DNA of 64,000 bases from Candidatus Latescibacterota bacterium (GTDB lineage Bacteria; Latescibacterota; UBA2968): contig OZ244960.1 in the NCBI GenBank assembly GCA_965222605.1, positions 5,568,001 through 5,632,000 of the forward strand, in the 5' to 3' direction. Of this stretch, positions 38,438-47,683 are shown one piece after another; position 1 is the stretch's first letter, and each line of letters opens with the position of its first letter. The notes beneath the pieces are model-generated. The model did not search any database. It was given only the letters and a program-made list of their open reading frames with translations, and had not been told where the DNA came from. A program made the translations under genes and the position numbers.

Positions 38438-38770
38438 ATGGCTGGTGGTGATTTGACAGATAGCATTGAAATTCTCACAAGAATACAAAGTCAGGCAAGA
38501 GTGCAAAACCTGCGTTTGACATTACATGCACAGCAGGAAATGATAGACGAGAATATTAAAATTGCCGATATTTATCACACCATTCAAACGGGGCGAATTT
38601 TAGAAAATTACCCAGAGCATCAAAGAGGCGCATGTTGCCTCTTGAATGGGGAAGACGAACGAGGTCGAGATATCCATATCGTTTGTACAACGTCGCGGGA
38701 TATCTTGATTATCATAACCGCGTACCTTCCGTTGCCCCCCAAATGGATCACACCGACACAACGAGGTTAA
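38438..38770 (+). CDS. DUF4258 protein (putative toxin)
   Basis: TLHAQQEM, ILENYP, IHIVC, ITAY. Confidence 0.8.
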   Translation: MAGGDLTDSIEILTRIQSQARVQNLRLTLHAQQEMIDENIKIADIYHTIQTGRILENYPEHQRGACCLLNGEDERGRDIHIVCTTSRDILIIITAYLPLPPKWITPTQRG

Positions 38771-38775
38771 TCAAT

Positions 38776-39000
38776 ATGAAATGCAGCCTGGAAGGGTGTC
38801 CTGGAGACTATAAAAAAAAAGAAATTCTTCACACAGTGCGCTATCAGGGGCAAGTTGTCGTCATTGACAATATTCCTGCCGAAGTTTGCACCATCTGCGG
38901 CGATGTGCTTCTTAAGCCTGAGACAGTTCAATATATTGAAGAACTTCTCGAGACAAGTTCACAACCTGCCGAAATGGTACCGCTTTATGAATACAAATAA
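38776..39000 (+). CDS. YgiT-type zinc finger protein (putative antitoxin)
   Basis: MKC, NIPAEVCTICGD. Confidence 0.85.
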   Translation: MKCSLEGCPGDYKKKEILHTVRYQGQVVVIDNIPAEVCTICGDVLLKPETVQYIEELLETSSQPAEMVPLYEYK

Positions 39001-39009
39001 AATACCAAA

Positions 39010-40656
39010 ATGATCGATTCCCAAATTTTCACCTGTATTAAAAATGCCAACCCCCACACCTATCGCTTTCCGTGGCGTAACTTTACGCATCTCTTAAAAG
39101 ATCGCGCAGAGCATCAGGCAGATAAACCCGCGCTGATTTTTTGCGATTGCGATACGGGCGCACGCACGGTCATTACCTATTCTGAATTTGAACGCCGGAC
39201 CGCCGCGCTTGCGGGTCTGATGCACCGCGAATTTGGCATCCAACGCGGCGACTGTGTCAGCCTTGCCCTGCCCAATTGTGCCGAAATTCCTCTGCTCACC
39301 TTTGCCCTCTTTCGCCTCGGCGCAACTTCTGTTCCTCTTGACATTGCCAAAGATGTTGCCGAGCGCAAGCGCTACAAAATTGAAAATGCTGGGGCCAGGT
39401 TGCTCGTTGTTTTGCCCGAACAGGCAGAAATCCAACGCCGCGCATTACCCGATGTCCAGATTGCGACAACAGAGCAGTTGCTCGCCGCAGATGGATATGA
39501 CGCAGCGGATATCGAGCCTGAGTGGTCCGGTGATCCAGAAGGCGAACAATACACCAACATCGCGCTGTACACATCGGGTACAACAGGCCATCCCAAGGGC
39601 GCGTGCATTACCCGACAAAGCCTCACGTCCAATGCCGATGGCATCATTCGCTGGCTCGGATTTGATGCGCGTGAACGGCTCAACCTCGTTTTACCACTCC
39701 ATCATATCAACTCCACCACGTTCTCGATCACCAGCCTCATGGTGGGGGGGAGCCTTATACTCAACTCGCGCTATAGCGTTTCGGCGTTCTGGCGTGTCAT
39801 ATCGCGGGAGCGGGCGACCTCTGCCAGTATTGTACCGACGATTATGGCCGACCTGCTCGCCCGCGCCGATGACTTTGAGCGCGAGGGCTACGATATATCT
39901 TCGCTGAAAAAAATTATGATCGGCTCGGCACCTGTTCCACCCAATATTGCCTGCCAATTTGTCGATCGCTTTGGCGTTCGTCTCGTTCAAGGATATGGTT
40001 CGACCGAAGTCAGTTTGCGAGTTACTGGCGTACCACCCGATTTACCCGATGACCAGTACCGCGATATACTCGAACAAAATGCCATTGGTGTTGAGCTTGC
40101 CAATAATAACATAAGAATTGATGGCGGAAGAAACGAAGGCGATATTGGTGAAATCCTCGTGCGCGGTCCCGTGGTTGCCAATGGCTACCTCTATCAGCCC
40201 AAAGCCACTGCCGAAGTTTTTTGCAATGGCTGGTTCCACAGTGGCGACATGGGGTATTATCGCGACATTTATAACCATCGTTTCTACTTTATTCACGGTC
40301 GAAAAAAAGAAATCATCATCAAAGGCGGTGTCAATATATCACCCATCGCCGTTGAAAATGCACTGCTCGATGCTTGTCCAGAGCTCGACGCTGTTTATGT
40401 GATTGGTCTTCGCCATGACCGATGGGGGGAAGACGTTTGTGCGGCAGCTATTTTTAAATCTGGGATCAACCAGTCCGAAGTAGCCCGAGATATTCTCAGA
40501 CGCGGACAAAGCGGCCAAATCTCAGGACTGAGTACCTACGAAGCCCCTTCGCGCATTATCCCAATCACGCCTGAAGACCGCCCATTGACCTCTACGGGTA
40601 AAGTTCAGCGCAGTGCCCTGCGCGAGATCATCCAGAATCAAATTGACAACATCTGA
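39010..40656 (+). CDS. AMP-binding acyl-CoA synthetase family protein
   Basis: YTSGTTGHPKG, GYGSTE, WFHSGD. Confidence 0.9.
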   Translation: MIDSQIFTCIKNANPHTYRFPWRNFTHLLKDRAEHQADKPALIFCDCDTGARTVITYSEFERRTAALAGLMHREFGIQRGDCVSLALPNCAEIPLLTFALFRLGATSVPLDIAKDVAERKRYKIENAGARLLVVLPEQAEIQRRALPDVQIATTEQLLAADGYDAADIEPEWSGDPEGEQYTNIALYTSGTTGHPKGACITRQSLTSNADGIIRWLGFDARERLNLVLPLHHINSTTFSITSLMVGGSLILNSRYSVSAFWRVISRERATSASIVPTIMADLLARADDFEREGYDISSLKKIMIGSAPVPPNIACQFVDRFGVRLVQGYGSTEVSLRVTGVPPDLPDDQYRDILEQNAIGVELANNNIRIDGGRNEGDIGEILVRGPVVANGYLYQPKATAEVFCNGWFHSGDMGYYRDIYNHRFYFIHGRKKEIIIKGGVNISPIAVENALLDACPELDAVYVIGLRHDRWGEDVCAAAIFKSGINQSEVARDILRRGQSGQISGLSTYEAPSRIIPITPEDRPLTSTGKVQRSALREIIQNQIDNI

Positions 40657-40739
40657 ACTATCTGCTGCGATTGACACAATTTGTCCGATATATTATATAC
40701 CTGCGGTGGGGTGGTGGGGACTGACTATTGGCTGCTGAC

Positions 40740-40768
40740 GTACGGGCGGGTTTCAAACCCGCCCCTTC
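40740..40768. repeat. REP-like palindrome
   Basis: GTACGGGCGGGTTTCAAACCCGCCCC, intergenic. Confidence 0.5.
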
Positions 40769-40787
40769 ACTGACCACTTTTCGGTGA

Positions 40788-41111
40788 TTGATCGTGCGTA
40801 TTCTTCTCCTTCTATTTCGTCTCTTGCGCGTACGCGGCGTTTTCTCAATCATATCCCGACTCCCAAAATACTTGCGTCTTACCTGGCGACTTTTATGGGA
40901 TTCCCGCATACCTTCATTGCCCAAAGTGTTTGTCATTTTAACCGTTTTATACGGTCTTTCTCCCTTTGATATTATCCCAGAGATGATTCTCCCCCATATC
41001 GGATTGGGAGATGACATCGTGCTCGCTATCCTGTCTATTCGCAATTTGATCGCGACCAGTCCGCAGAATATCGTTCAGGAACACGCTCGTAAGATTGCAA
41101 AGAAATCGTGA
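40788..41111 (+). CDS. YkvA/DUF1232 protein
   Basis: YGLSPFDIIPE, GLGDD. Confidence 0.85.
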   Translation: MIVRILLLLFRLLRVRGVFSIISRLPKYLRLTWRLLWDSRIPSLPKVFVILTVLYGLSPFDIIPEMILPHIGLGDDIVLAILSIRNLIATSPQNIVQEHARKIAKKS

Positions 41112-41114
41112 TTT

Positions 41115-42209
41115 ATGACCCGCCTGGATTTCAAAACGCAGATCGCCGCTGATCTCCTGACATGGTATCGCAAATATAAACGCGATTTGCCCTGGCGGCA
41201 GACAGACGACCCCTATCGCATCCTGCTGTCTGAGTTTATGCTCCAGCAAACGCAGGTCGATACTGTTATTCCCTATTACCATCGCTTTCTCGACCGATTT
41301 CCCACGGTTTACGACCTCGCGAATGCCTCACAGGATGATGTCCTCAAAGCCTGGGAAGGGTTGGGCTATTACGCCCGTGCCCGCAATTTGCACAAAGCCG
41401 CGCATTCTATTGCCACGGACTTTGGCGGCACAGTGCCCGATACTTACGACGAACTCAAATCTCTGCCAGGCTTTGGGCCTTATACCACAGCCGCAGTTTT
41501 GAGCATTGCTTATGATCGCGACCATGCCGTACTCGATGGCAATGTCATTCGCGTTGTCACGCGCCTTTTTGATATTGGTGACGACGTCACACAAACCCGC
41601 GTCAAAAACCAACTGTGGAATCTCGCCCAGGCCCTGTTGCCAAAAGGTGAAGCCGGCACCTACAATCAGGCGATTATGGAACTCGGCGCGATGGTCTGCA
41701 CCACTAAAAACCCGGCGTGCCATCAGTGTCCCGTGCAAAAATACTGTGCAGCGTACAGTGCAGGCAATCCGCAGCGTCTGCCCGTCAAAGCTAAAAAGAA
41801 ACCGCGTCCTCATCATACGCTGTGCGCGGGCATTGTGTGGCACAATGACAAAGTGCTCATTACCCAACGCCCGCAAAATGGCTTGCTCGGCGGGCTTTGG
41901 GAATTTCCCGCAGGAACGCAACAGGGTGGGGAATCTCTGCAAGACACATGCAGGCGCGGGATAAGAGAAACAGCAGGTATCGATGTCAAAATCAACGATC
42001 GCTACCGCACCGTCAAACACGCTTTTACGCACTTCAGCATCACCCTGCACACTTTCCAGTGTCATTATGTCAAGGGTAGAGCACGTCCCCTCATGTGTGA
42101 CAATCTCGCATGGGTTGTGCGTGCCGATTTCAACGCTTATGCTTTTTCCCGCACCAGCCGCAAACTCATTGACTATCTACAACAAGATGTCCAACCCGGC
42201 CTTTTTTGA
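41115..42209 (+). CDS. mutY: A/G-specific adenine glycosylase
   Basis: SEFMLQQT, GLGYYARARNL, FeS cysteines. Confidence 0.95.
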   Translation: MTRLDFKTQIAADLLTWYRKYKRDLPWRQTDDPYRILLSEFMLQQTQVDTVIPYYHRFLDRFPTVYDLANASQDDVLKAWEGLGYYARARNLHKAAHSIATDFGGTVPDTYDELKSLPGFGPYTTAAVLSIAYDRDHAVLDGNVIRVVTRLFDIGDDVTQTRVKNQLWNLAQALLPKGEAGTYNQAIMELGAMVCTTKNPACHQCPVQKYCAAYSAGNPQRLPVKAKKKPRPHHTLCAGIVWHNDKVLITQRPQNGLLGGLWEFPAGTQQGGESLQDTCRRGIRETAGIDVKINDRYRTVKHAFTHFSITLHTFQCHYVKGRARPLMCDNLAWVVRADFNAYAFSRTSRKLIDYLQQDVQPGLF

Positions 42210-42236
42210 TTTGAACACAGTCTCTGGGAGGGTTTC

Positions 42237-43055
42237 ATGAAACTCGAAAACAAAATCGCGCTCATCACGGGCGCAGGATCGGGCATTGGCAAAGCCATTG
42301 CTCTCGAAATGGGCAGCGCAGGCGCGCATATCGCGGTTAATGATCTCACTGCCGAAACAGCCGAAACCACCGCACACCAGATCGAAGGCCTCGGCCGCGA
42401 AGCCCTCGTCATTCCCGCAGATGTGGCCGACTCGGATCAGGTCGAGAATATGGTTCAGCAGACGCTCAATCGCTTCGGACGCATTGATATTCTGGTCAAT
42501 AATGCCGGTGTGTACATTCCTCAAGAAGGCGGCGTTACAGCCATTACAGACGAAGCGTGGCAGCGCATTCTCGATGTCAATCTCAATGGGCCTTTTTATT
42601 GTAGTCGCGCCGTTGTCAAAGACATGATAGCGCGCAAGCAAGGCGGTAAAATTATCAACATTTCATCTGTTCAGGCCGAAGTCGCGCATTTTGACGCTTC
42701 TGCCTATCAGCCCTCTAAAGCCGCTGTGGTCATGCTCACGCGAACTCTTGCCGTGGAACTCGCCCCTTACAAAATCAATGTCAATGCCATTGGACCGGGA
42801 GCCATTGCATCCGAAGGCATGGGCGCGTCACTTGGTCCTGAAATTATCGAAGCCTACCGCAAACGCATTCCCTGGGGTGCTCGCGGATACACCCGCGATA
42901 TTGGAACTGTTGCCGCCTTTCTCGCTTCGGAAGACGCGCGCTATATCACGGGCCAAATCATCTATGTCGATGGCGGTTATTTGTCTGATAGCACACCGAC
43001 GGAACTAAAATCACAAGATCATCCCGTGCCGCCAGATGATCCGGATCCAAAATAA
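42237..43055 (+). CDS. SDR family oxidoreductase
   Basis: TGAGSGIG, NNAG, YQPSK. Confidence 0.92.
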   Translation: MKLENKIALITGAGSGIGKAIALEMGSAGAHIAVNDLTAETAETTAHQIEGLGREALVIPADVADSDQVENMVQQTLNRFGRIDILVNNAGVYIPQEGGVTAITDEAWQRILDVNLNGPFYCSRAVVKDMIARKQGGKIINISSVQAEVAHFDASAYQPSKAAVVMLTRTLAVELAPYKINVNAIGPGAIASEGMGASLGPEIIEAYRKRIPWGARGYTRDIGTVAAFLASEDARYITGQIIYVDGGYLSDSTPTELKSQDHPVPPDDPDPK

Positions 43056-43056
43056 T

Positions 43057-43803
43057 ATGATTCCAAAAAATCTCACCAATAGAACGGCCATTATCACCGG
43101 TGCCGCGCAGGGTATTGGAAAAGCCATTGCCATACGCCTTGCTGGGGCCGGAGCAACTGTGGCGATTGCCGACCTCAATCCCGACAGAGCACGCGAAACG
43201 GCTCGAGAAATCGGGACAGATGCATTGGCTCTGTCGCTCGATGTTGCAAATGCCGAGAGTGTACAAAATACCGTTGATGAATGTCTCGATATATGGGGGC
43301 GCATCGACATCCTCGTCAACAACGCGGGCATTGTGGGGCGCGATGTACCAGTCAAAGATCTCACGGAAGGGGACTGGGACCAGGTTCTCGATATCAATCT
43401 CAAGGGGACTTTTCTGTGTTCGCGCGCCGTGATTGCGCCTATGTTGAAACAAAAAAAGGGCGCTATAATCTCGGTTGCCTCCATAGCCGGCAAAGAAGGC
43501 AATCCCAGCATGGCACCCTATTCGGTCTCTAAAGCGGGTATTATATGTTTTACCAAAGCCCTGGCCAAGGAGCATCTCGAGGACAATATCCGCGTCAATT
43601 GCGTCTCGCCAGCCTTGATCGAAACGCCACTTTTGGCAGATGTGGAGCCAGAGCAACTCGATTACATGACTTCCAAAATTCCTCTCGGTCGCCTCGGCCA
43701 GCCGGAAGAAGTCGCCGCTGTTGTTCACTTTCTCGCATCCGACGATGCCTCTTTTGTGACCGGGCAGTGTTATGATGTCAGCGGTGGCAGGGCGACGTAT
43801 TGA
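43057..43803 (+). CDS. SDR family oxidoreductase
   Basis: TGAAQGIG, NNAG, YSVSK. Confidence 0.92.
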   Translation: MIPKNLTNRTAIITGAAQGIGKAIAIRLAGAGATVAIADLNPDRARETAREIGTDALALSLDVANAESVQNTVDECLDIWGRIDILVNNAGIVGRDVPVKDLTEGDWDQVLDINLKGTFLCSRAVIAPMLKQKKGAIISVASIAGKEGNPSMAPYSVSKAGIICFTKALAKEHLEDNIRVNCVSPALIETPLLADVEPEQLDYMTSKIPLGRLGQPEEVAAVVHFLASDDASFVTGQCYDVSGGRATY

Positions 43804-43809
43804 TAGAAT

Positions 43810-43974
43810 TTACCCGAGCGGTCGCGCACTGAATACTTCTCTCAAATAGAGAACGACCCACCCGATAGCTGTCACCGCTATTGCTACGCCCACGGCAATC
43901 AGACACAGCAGCCATCCCGGAGGTCGGGTATCTGGATCGTGATAGGGGTTTCGTCGGGGATCGTCCCAGCGCAT
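43810..43974 (-). CDS. Small single-TM protein (54 aa)
   Basis: MRWDDPRRNPY...WLLCLIAVGVAIAVTAIGWVVLYL; AGGA RBS. Confidence 0.5.
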   Translation of the reverse strand: MRWDDPRRNPYHDPDTRPPGWLLCLIAVGVAIAVTAIGWVVLYLREVFSARPLG

Positions 43975-44004
43975 GGTAGAGTCCTGAGTGGTGTATAATT
44001 GCTG

Positions 44005-44163
44005 TTATTGGAAGATATAAAATTCTGCAATGACAGGATCAATGCCGCGCACATAGAGCAATAAGATTATTGCGAGAATAATGAAGATAGCGACGCAGAG
44101 GAGAACAAACCCATTTTTCTGATACCATTTGGGGCGGTGGGGGGGGATATTGGGATCGCTCAT
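44005..44163 (-). CDS. Small single-TM protein (52 aa)
   Basis: ATGA overlap with the rdgB stop; hydrophobic FVLLCVAIFIILAIILLLYV. Confidence 0.55.
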   Translation of the reverse strand: MSDPNIPPHRPKWYQKNGFVLLCVAIFIILAIILLLYVRGIDPVIAEFYIFQ

Positions 44164-44765
44164 GGTATGGATGCGCTGAAAAGGTCGAGAATGAAGGGCA
44201 AGATGGCACGCAGAGCTTGGCCCCGATGGCTGAGGCGATTTTTTTCGTCAGAAGATAGCTCGGCGGAAGTGGCGTTGTGGGTGGAAACGTAAAAGAGCGG
44301 ATCGTAACCAAAGCCATTCACGCCTCGGGGTGTTGTGAGGATGCGGCCATCCCATATAGCCTCGGCGGTTTGTACGCGGCCATCGGGTGTGGCGAGGGCC
44401 ATCGCGCAGCAGAAGTGCGCGGTGCGCTGACTTGCGGGAATTCCGCGCAGGTTTTCGACGAGTTTGTCGTTATTTGCCTTATCCGTGGCATCTTTCCCGG
44501 CGTAACGCGCAGAATACACGCCGGGCGCGCCATTTAAGGCGTCAACCACAAGGCCCGAGTCATCGGCCAAAGCAGGCAAGCCCGTGTATTTTGCAATTTC
44601 ACGGGCTTTTTTTCTGGCATTGGCTTCAAAGGTGTTGCCGTCTTCGATCACTTCGGGCGCGTTGGGAAATGCATCGAGCGATAGTACCTGAATATCAGAG
44701 CCGAGCATGTCCTGGATTTCCCTGCGCTTGCCTTGATTGCGGGTGGCGAGTATGAGGGTAGGCAT
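44160..44765 (-). CDS. rdgB: XTP/dITP diphosphatase
   Basis: LATRNQGK, ADDSGL, GFGYDP, SHRGQA. Confidence 0.95.
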   Translation of the reverse strand: MPTLILATRNQGKRREIQDMLGSDIQVLSLDAFPNAPEVIEDGNTFEANARKKAREIAKYTGLPALADDSGLVVDALNGAPGVYSARYAGKDATDKANNDKLVENLRGIPASQRTAHFCCAMALATPDGRVQTAEAIWDGRILTTPRGVNGFGYDPLFYVSTHNATSAELSSDEKNRLSHRGQALRAILPFILDLFSASIP

Positions 44766-44776
44766 AGGTTTGACTA

Positions 44777-45493
44777 CTATTGCGCCAAAACATCTTGCTG
44801 GAGTTGAGTGATTTCGGAGATGCCCTTTCGGGCGAGGGCGATCATGTGTTGCATCTGGTCGCAAGTAAAGGGTTTCCCTTCGGCTGTGCCCTGTACCTCG
44901 ACAAAGTTGCCCTGACCGGTCATGACGATATTCATATCGACTTCGGCGGTTGCATCTTCGGCATAACACAAATCGAGCATGGGCGTATTGCCAATGATGC
45001 CCACGCTGACGGCTGCGACGGAATCGCCGAGAGGGTTTTCTGTAATACTATTCTCATTTTTGAGCTTGTCAATCGCATCGACGACTGCAACATAAGCCCC
45101 CGAAATTGAGGCTGTGCGGGTGCCGCCGTCGGCTTGTAACACATCGCAGTCGATCCAGAGGGTGCGCGTGCCGAGTTTTTTGAGGTCGATCACGGCGCGT
45201 AGTGCGCGGCCAATAAGGCGTTGAATTTCCTGGGTTCGGCCTTTGTTACCGCGTGTTTCGCGCTCGCTGCGCGTATGGGTCGAACGGGGCAACATGGCGT
45301 ATTCCGCCGTGATCCAGCCCGTGTTTTTGCCCACGAGAAAATGGGGTACACGGTCTTCAACACTCGCTGTGCATATAACGTGTGTGTCACCCATTTTGAT
45401 CAGTGCCGATCCTTCGGCGTGTTTCATGAATCCGCGTTCAATACTCACGGGACGCAACTGATCGGGGCGGCGTCCATCTATGCGCTGGCTCAT
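44777..45493 (-). CDS. rph: Ribonuclease PH
   Basis: [20 protein letters not shown]. Confidence 0.97.
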   Translation of the reverse strand: MSQRIDGRRPDQLRPVSIERGFMKHAEGSALIKMGDTHVICTASVEDRVPHFLVGKNTGWITAEYAMLPRSTHTRSERETRGNKGRTQEIQRLIGRALRAVIDLKKLGTRTLWIDCDVLQADGGTRTASISGAYVAVVDAIDKLKNENSITENPLGDSVAAVSVGIIGNTPMLDLCYAEDATAEVDMNIVMTGQGNFVEVQGTAEGKPFTCDQMQHMIALARKGISEITQLQQDVLAQ

Positions 45494-45508
45494 AAATGCT
45501 CCTTGTTC

Positions 45509-46291
45509 TTACCGCGGATCGAACCAGTTTTTTTCGGGGTTGTCCAATTCGCGAAAGTCGTGCCCCGTGACGTGAATAATTTTACACATTTCGAGAAAAC
45601 GAGAATAGATGCGACCCTGCGCGAGGTCTTTCAATTCATCGACTTTCTGATTTGTGGTCACAAAGGTCAGGCGTTGATTGGCATAGCGGGCGTCAATGAG
45701 GTTGTAGAGGATTTCCATTTCCCATTCGGTATTGCGCTGCACGCCAAAGTCGTCGATGACGAGATAGGGAACATTGCTCAACACGTCAATCATGGGCATG
45801 GCCTGCCCATGTGTGTCACTGCTTTCGTCAAATGTGCGTCTGATTTCGTGAAAGCTCTTTGAGAGTGAGATGAATTTGCCGGGTTTTACAAATCGAAAAA
45901 TGAGTTCGTTGAGCAAGATATAGGCAAAATAGGTTTTTCCTCGACCTGGCTCACCCCACAAATAGAAGCCTTCAATCGATTTTTCTGTTTTAGTGAGAAT
46001 TTTATCGTACAATGCCTCAAAATGTTGTTTGAGTAATTTCGCTCCTGGGATGGGCTGCCCATTCTCATACTGCTCCTTAAAGTCTCGTAAGAACTTAAAG
46101 CGAAATCGATCAGGAATGCCCGATTGGCGGATGTATTTGTCAATGTGAATAATCTTCATCCGAAAGGGATAACACGGGCACCAGGTGGGTTCGCCGCTTT
46201 TTGCATCCATGACCATAAAAGGCGACTTGCCGCCGCATCGACAGTGTTCGAGGACTTTTTGAGAAAGTTTGATTTCGCCGTGAAGCCCCAT
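45509..46291 (-). CDS. DnaC/IstB-like ATP-binding protein
   Basis: GEPGRGKT, IDDFG, TTN, RIYSR; N-terminal cysteine pairs. Confidence 0.85.
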   Translation of the reverse strand: MGLHGEIKLSQKVLEHCRCGGKSPFMVMDAKSGEPTWCPCYPFRMKIIHIDKYIRQSGIPDRFRFKFLRDFKEQYENGQPIPGAKLLKQHFEALYDKILTKTEKSIEGFYLWGEPGRGKTYFAYILLNELIFRFVKPGKFISLSKSFHEIRRTFDESSDTHGQAMPMIDVLSNVPYLVIDDFGVQRNTEWEMEILYNLIDARYANQRLTFVTTNQKVDELKDLAQGRIYSRFLEMCKIIHVTGHDFRELDNPEKNWFDPR

Positions 46292-46369
46292 TTTGACATG
46301 GGTGTCGTAGTAATAGCCAGGGTCATTGGAGGGGAGGTCAATGACTATTGTGTGTGCAGATGTGATGAT

Positions 46370-46840
46370 TTACCTCCCACTTTGGATGCGTGTCTTCAGC
46401 GCTTGTTCGACTTCGCGCTGGGCATCTCGGAGGGCAATGTCGCGCCGCTTGTCAAATTGTTTTTTGCCGCGTGCCACGCCGAGTTCGACTTTGGCTTTGC
46501 CGCGTTTGAAATAGAGTTTGAGGGGAATTAATGTGTGGCCTCTTTCGTTGACATATCCCCTCAGGCGATTGATTTCATGGCGATGGAGCAGCAATTTGCG
46601 TTTGCGCTCAGTGTCGTGATTAAACTGGTTGCCCTGTGCATATTCGCTGATATGCGTGTTGTGCAAATAAGCTTCTCCGCCCTCAATACGCGCGTAGCCA
46701 TCTTTCAAATTGGCCCGGCCTTCGCGCAGAGCTTTGACTTCTGTGCCTCGCAATTGCAAGCCGGCTTCATAAGTGCTGAGGATGTGGTAGTCGCGCCGTG
46801 CTTTTCGGTTTTGCGCGATAATTTTGATGTTGTCTGGCAT
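46370..46840 (-). CDS. smpB: SsrA-binding protein
   Basis: [22 protein letters not shown]. Confidence 0.97.
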   Translation of the reverse strand: MPDNIKIIAQNRKARRDYHILSTYEAGLQLRGTEVKALREGRANLKDGYARIEGGEAYLHNTHISEYAQGNQFNHDTERKRKLLLHRHEINRLRGYVNERGHTLIPLKLYFKRGKAKVELGVARGKKQFDKRRDIALRDAQREVEQALKTRIQSGR

Positions 46841-46852
46841 TAGCACCTCCGC

Positions 46853-47683
46853 TTATATATCAGGCTGAAGGATGTGCATGAGATTTTCGAGTTTTTTTGC
46901 GCGGTTTGGGTCGTCCAGGTTTAGATACGTATATCTGAGGTTGTTCATCATGCGAAAGAGTGTGAAGCTGTTGCTGGCTTCAGCAAAAAGATCGTCTGGA
47001 ATTTCTGCACCAATGAGGTCGGTGCATTCATTTGCCGTGAGGATCTGCCCCCGATTGTGCGGGTCAATATAAATATGTTGATCGTTTTGGGTGTATTTGA
47101 CGATGTAGTGCTTGGGTAAGGCAACGCCTGAGATGGATAATTCCAGGCGTTGTGCGAGAATGAGATAGACCGCTGAAAGCGTGATCGGCCAGCCGCGTTT
47201 GCGATCGAGCACGCGGTTGAAATACGTGTCGTCGGGATCATGGCGGGTAGATGCGTGAAACCCTTGCTCGTCAAAGAGATAATGATTGAGCGTGCGAATG
47301 ATGCGAATGGGATGATCGTCGGGAGCAATCCTGGGCGCGAGTTCAAAGGCCATGTATCCCAGGCGCGTTTTGTAAGTACTTTCATCGAGGTCGGGATATC
47401 CGAATCGCGCCAGTGCAAAGACGCCTTCTTCGAGGGCAATATCGCCGTGTTGATCGCGGGTGAGATTGCGAAACCTCATGTCGAGAGAAGGTTCTCTAAA
47501 TCGCCTGAGCACGCGGCTGACTTCTCGGTGTGCGCGTGAGTCATCGGCACAGGCACTGTGGATTTCGCGTGTGGCTTTCTCTCCCAGATCATACAGTTTT
47601 TGGCGCAGGCGATCCGCAATGTCGGGGGAGCAGTCCGATAGAAGCGATACAATGGCGCGGATTTGTTCGGGATGGAGTTTCAT
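46853..47683 (-). CDS. SirB1 / transglutaminase-like protein
   Basis: VLDRKRGWPITLS, IDPHN, RMMNNL. Confidence 0.85.
   Translation of the reverse strand: MKLHPEQIRAIVSLLSDCSPDIADRLRQKLYDLGEKATREIHSACADDSRAHREVSRVLRRFREPSLDMRFRNLTRDQHGDIALEEGVFALARFGYPDLDESTYKTRLGYMAFELAPRIAPDDHPIRIIRTLNHYLFDEQGFHASTRHDPDDTYFNRVLDRKRGWPITLSAVYLILAQRLELSISGVALPKHYIVKYTQNDQHIYIDPHNRGQILTANECTDLIGAEIPDDLFAEASNSFTLFRMMNNLRYTYLNLDDPNRAKKLENLMHILQPDI

Noticed and set aside
46292-46369. tmRNA next to smpB
   Set aside because: Too short and no tRNA-like ends
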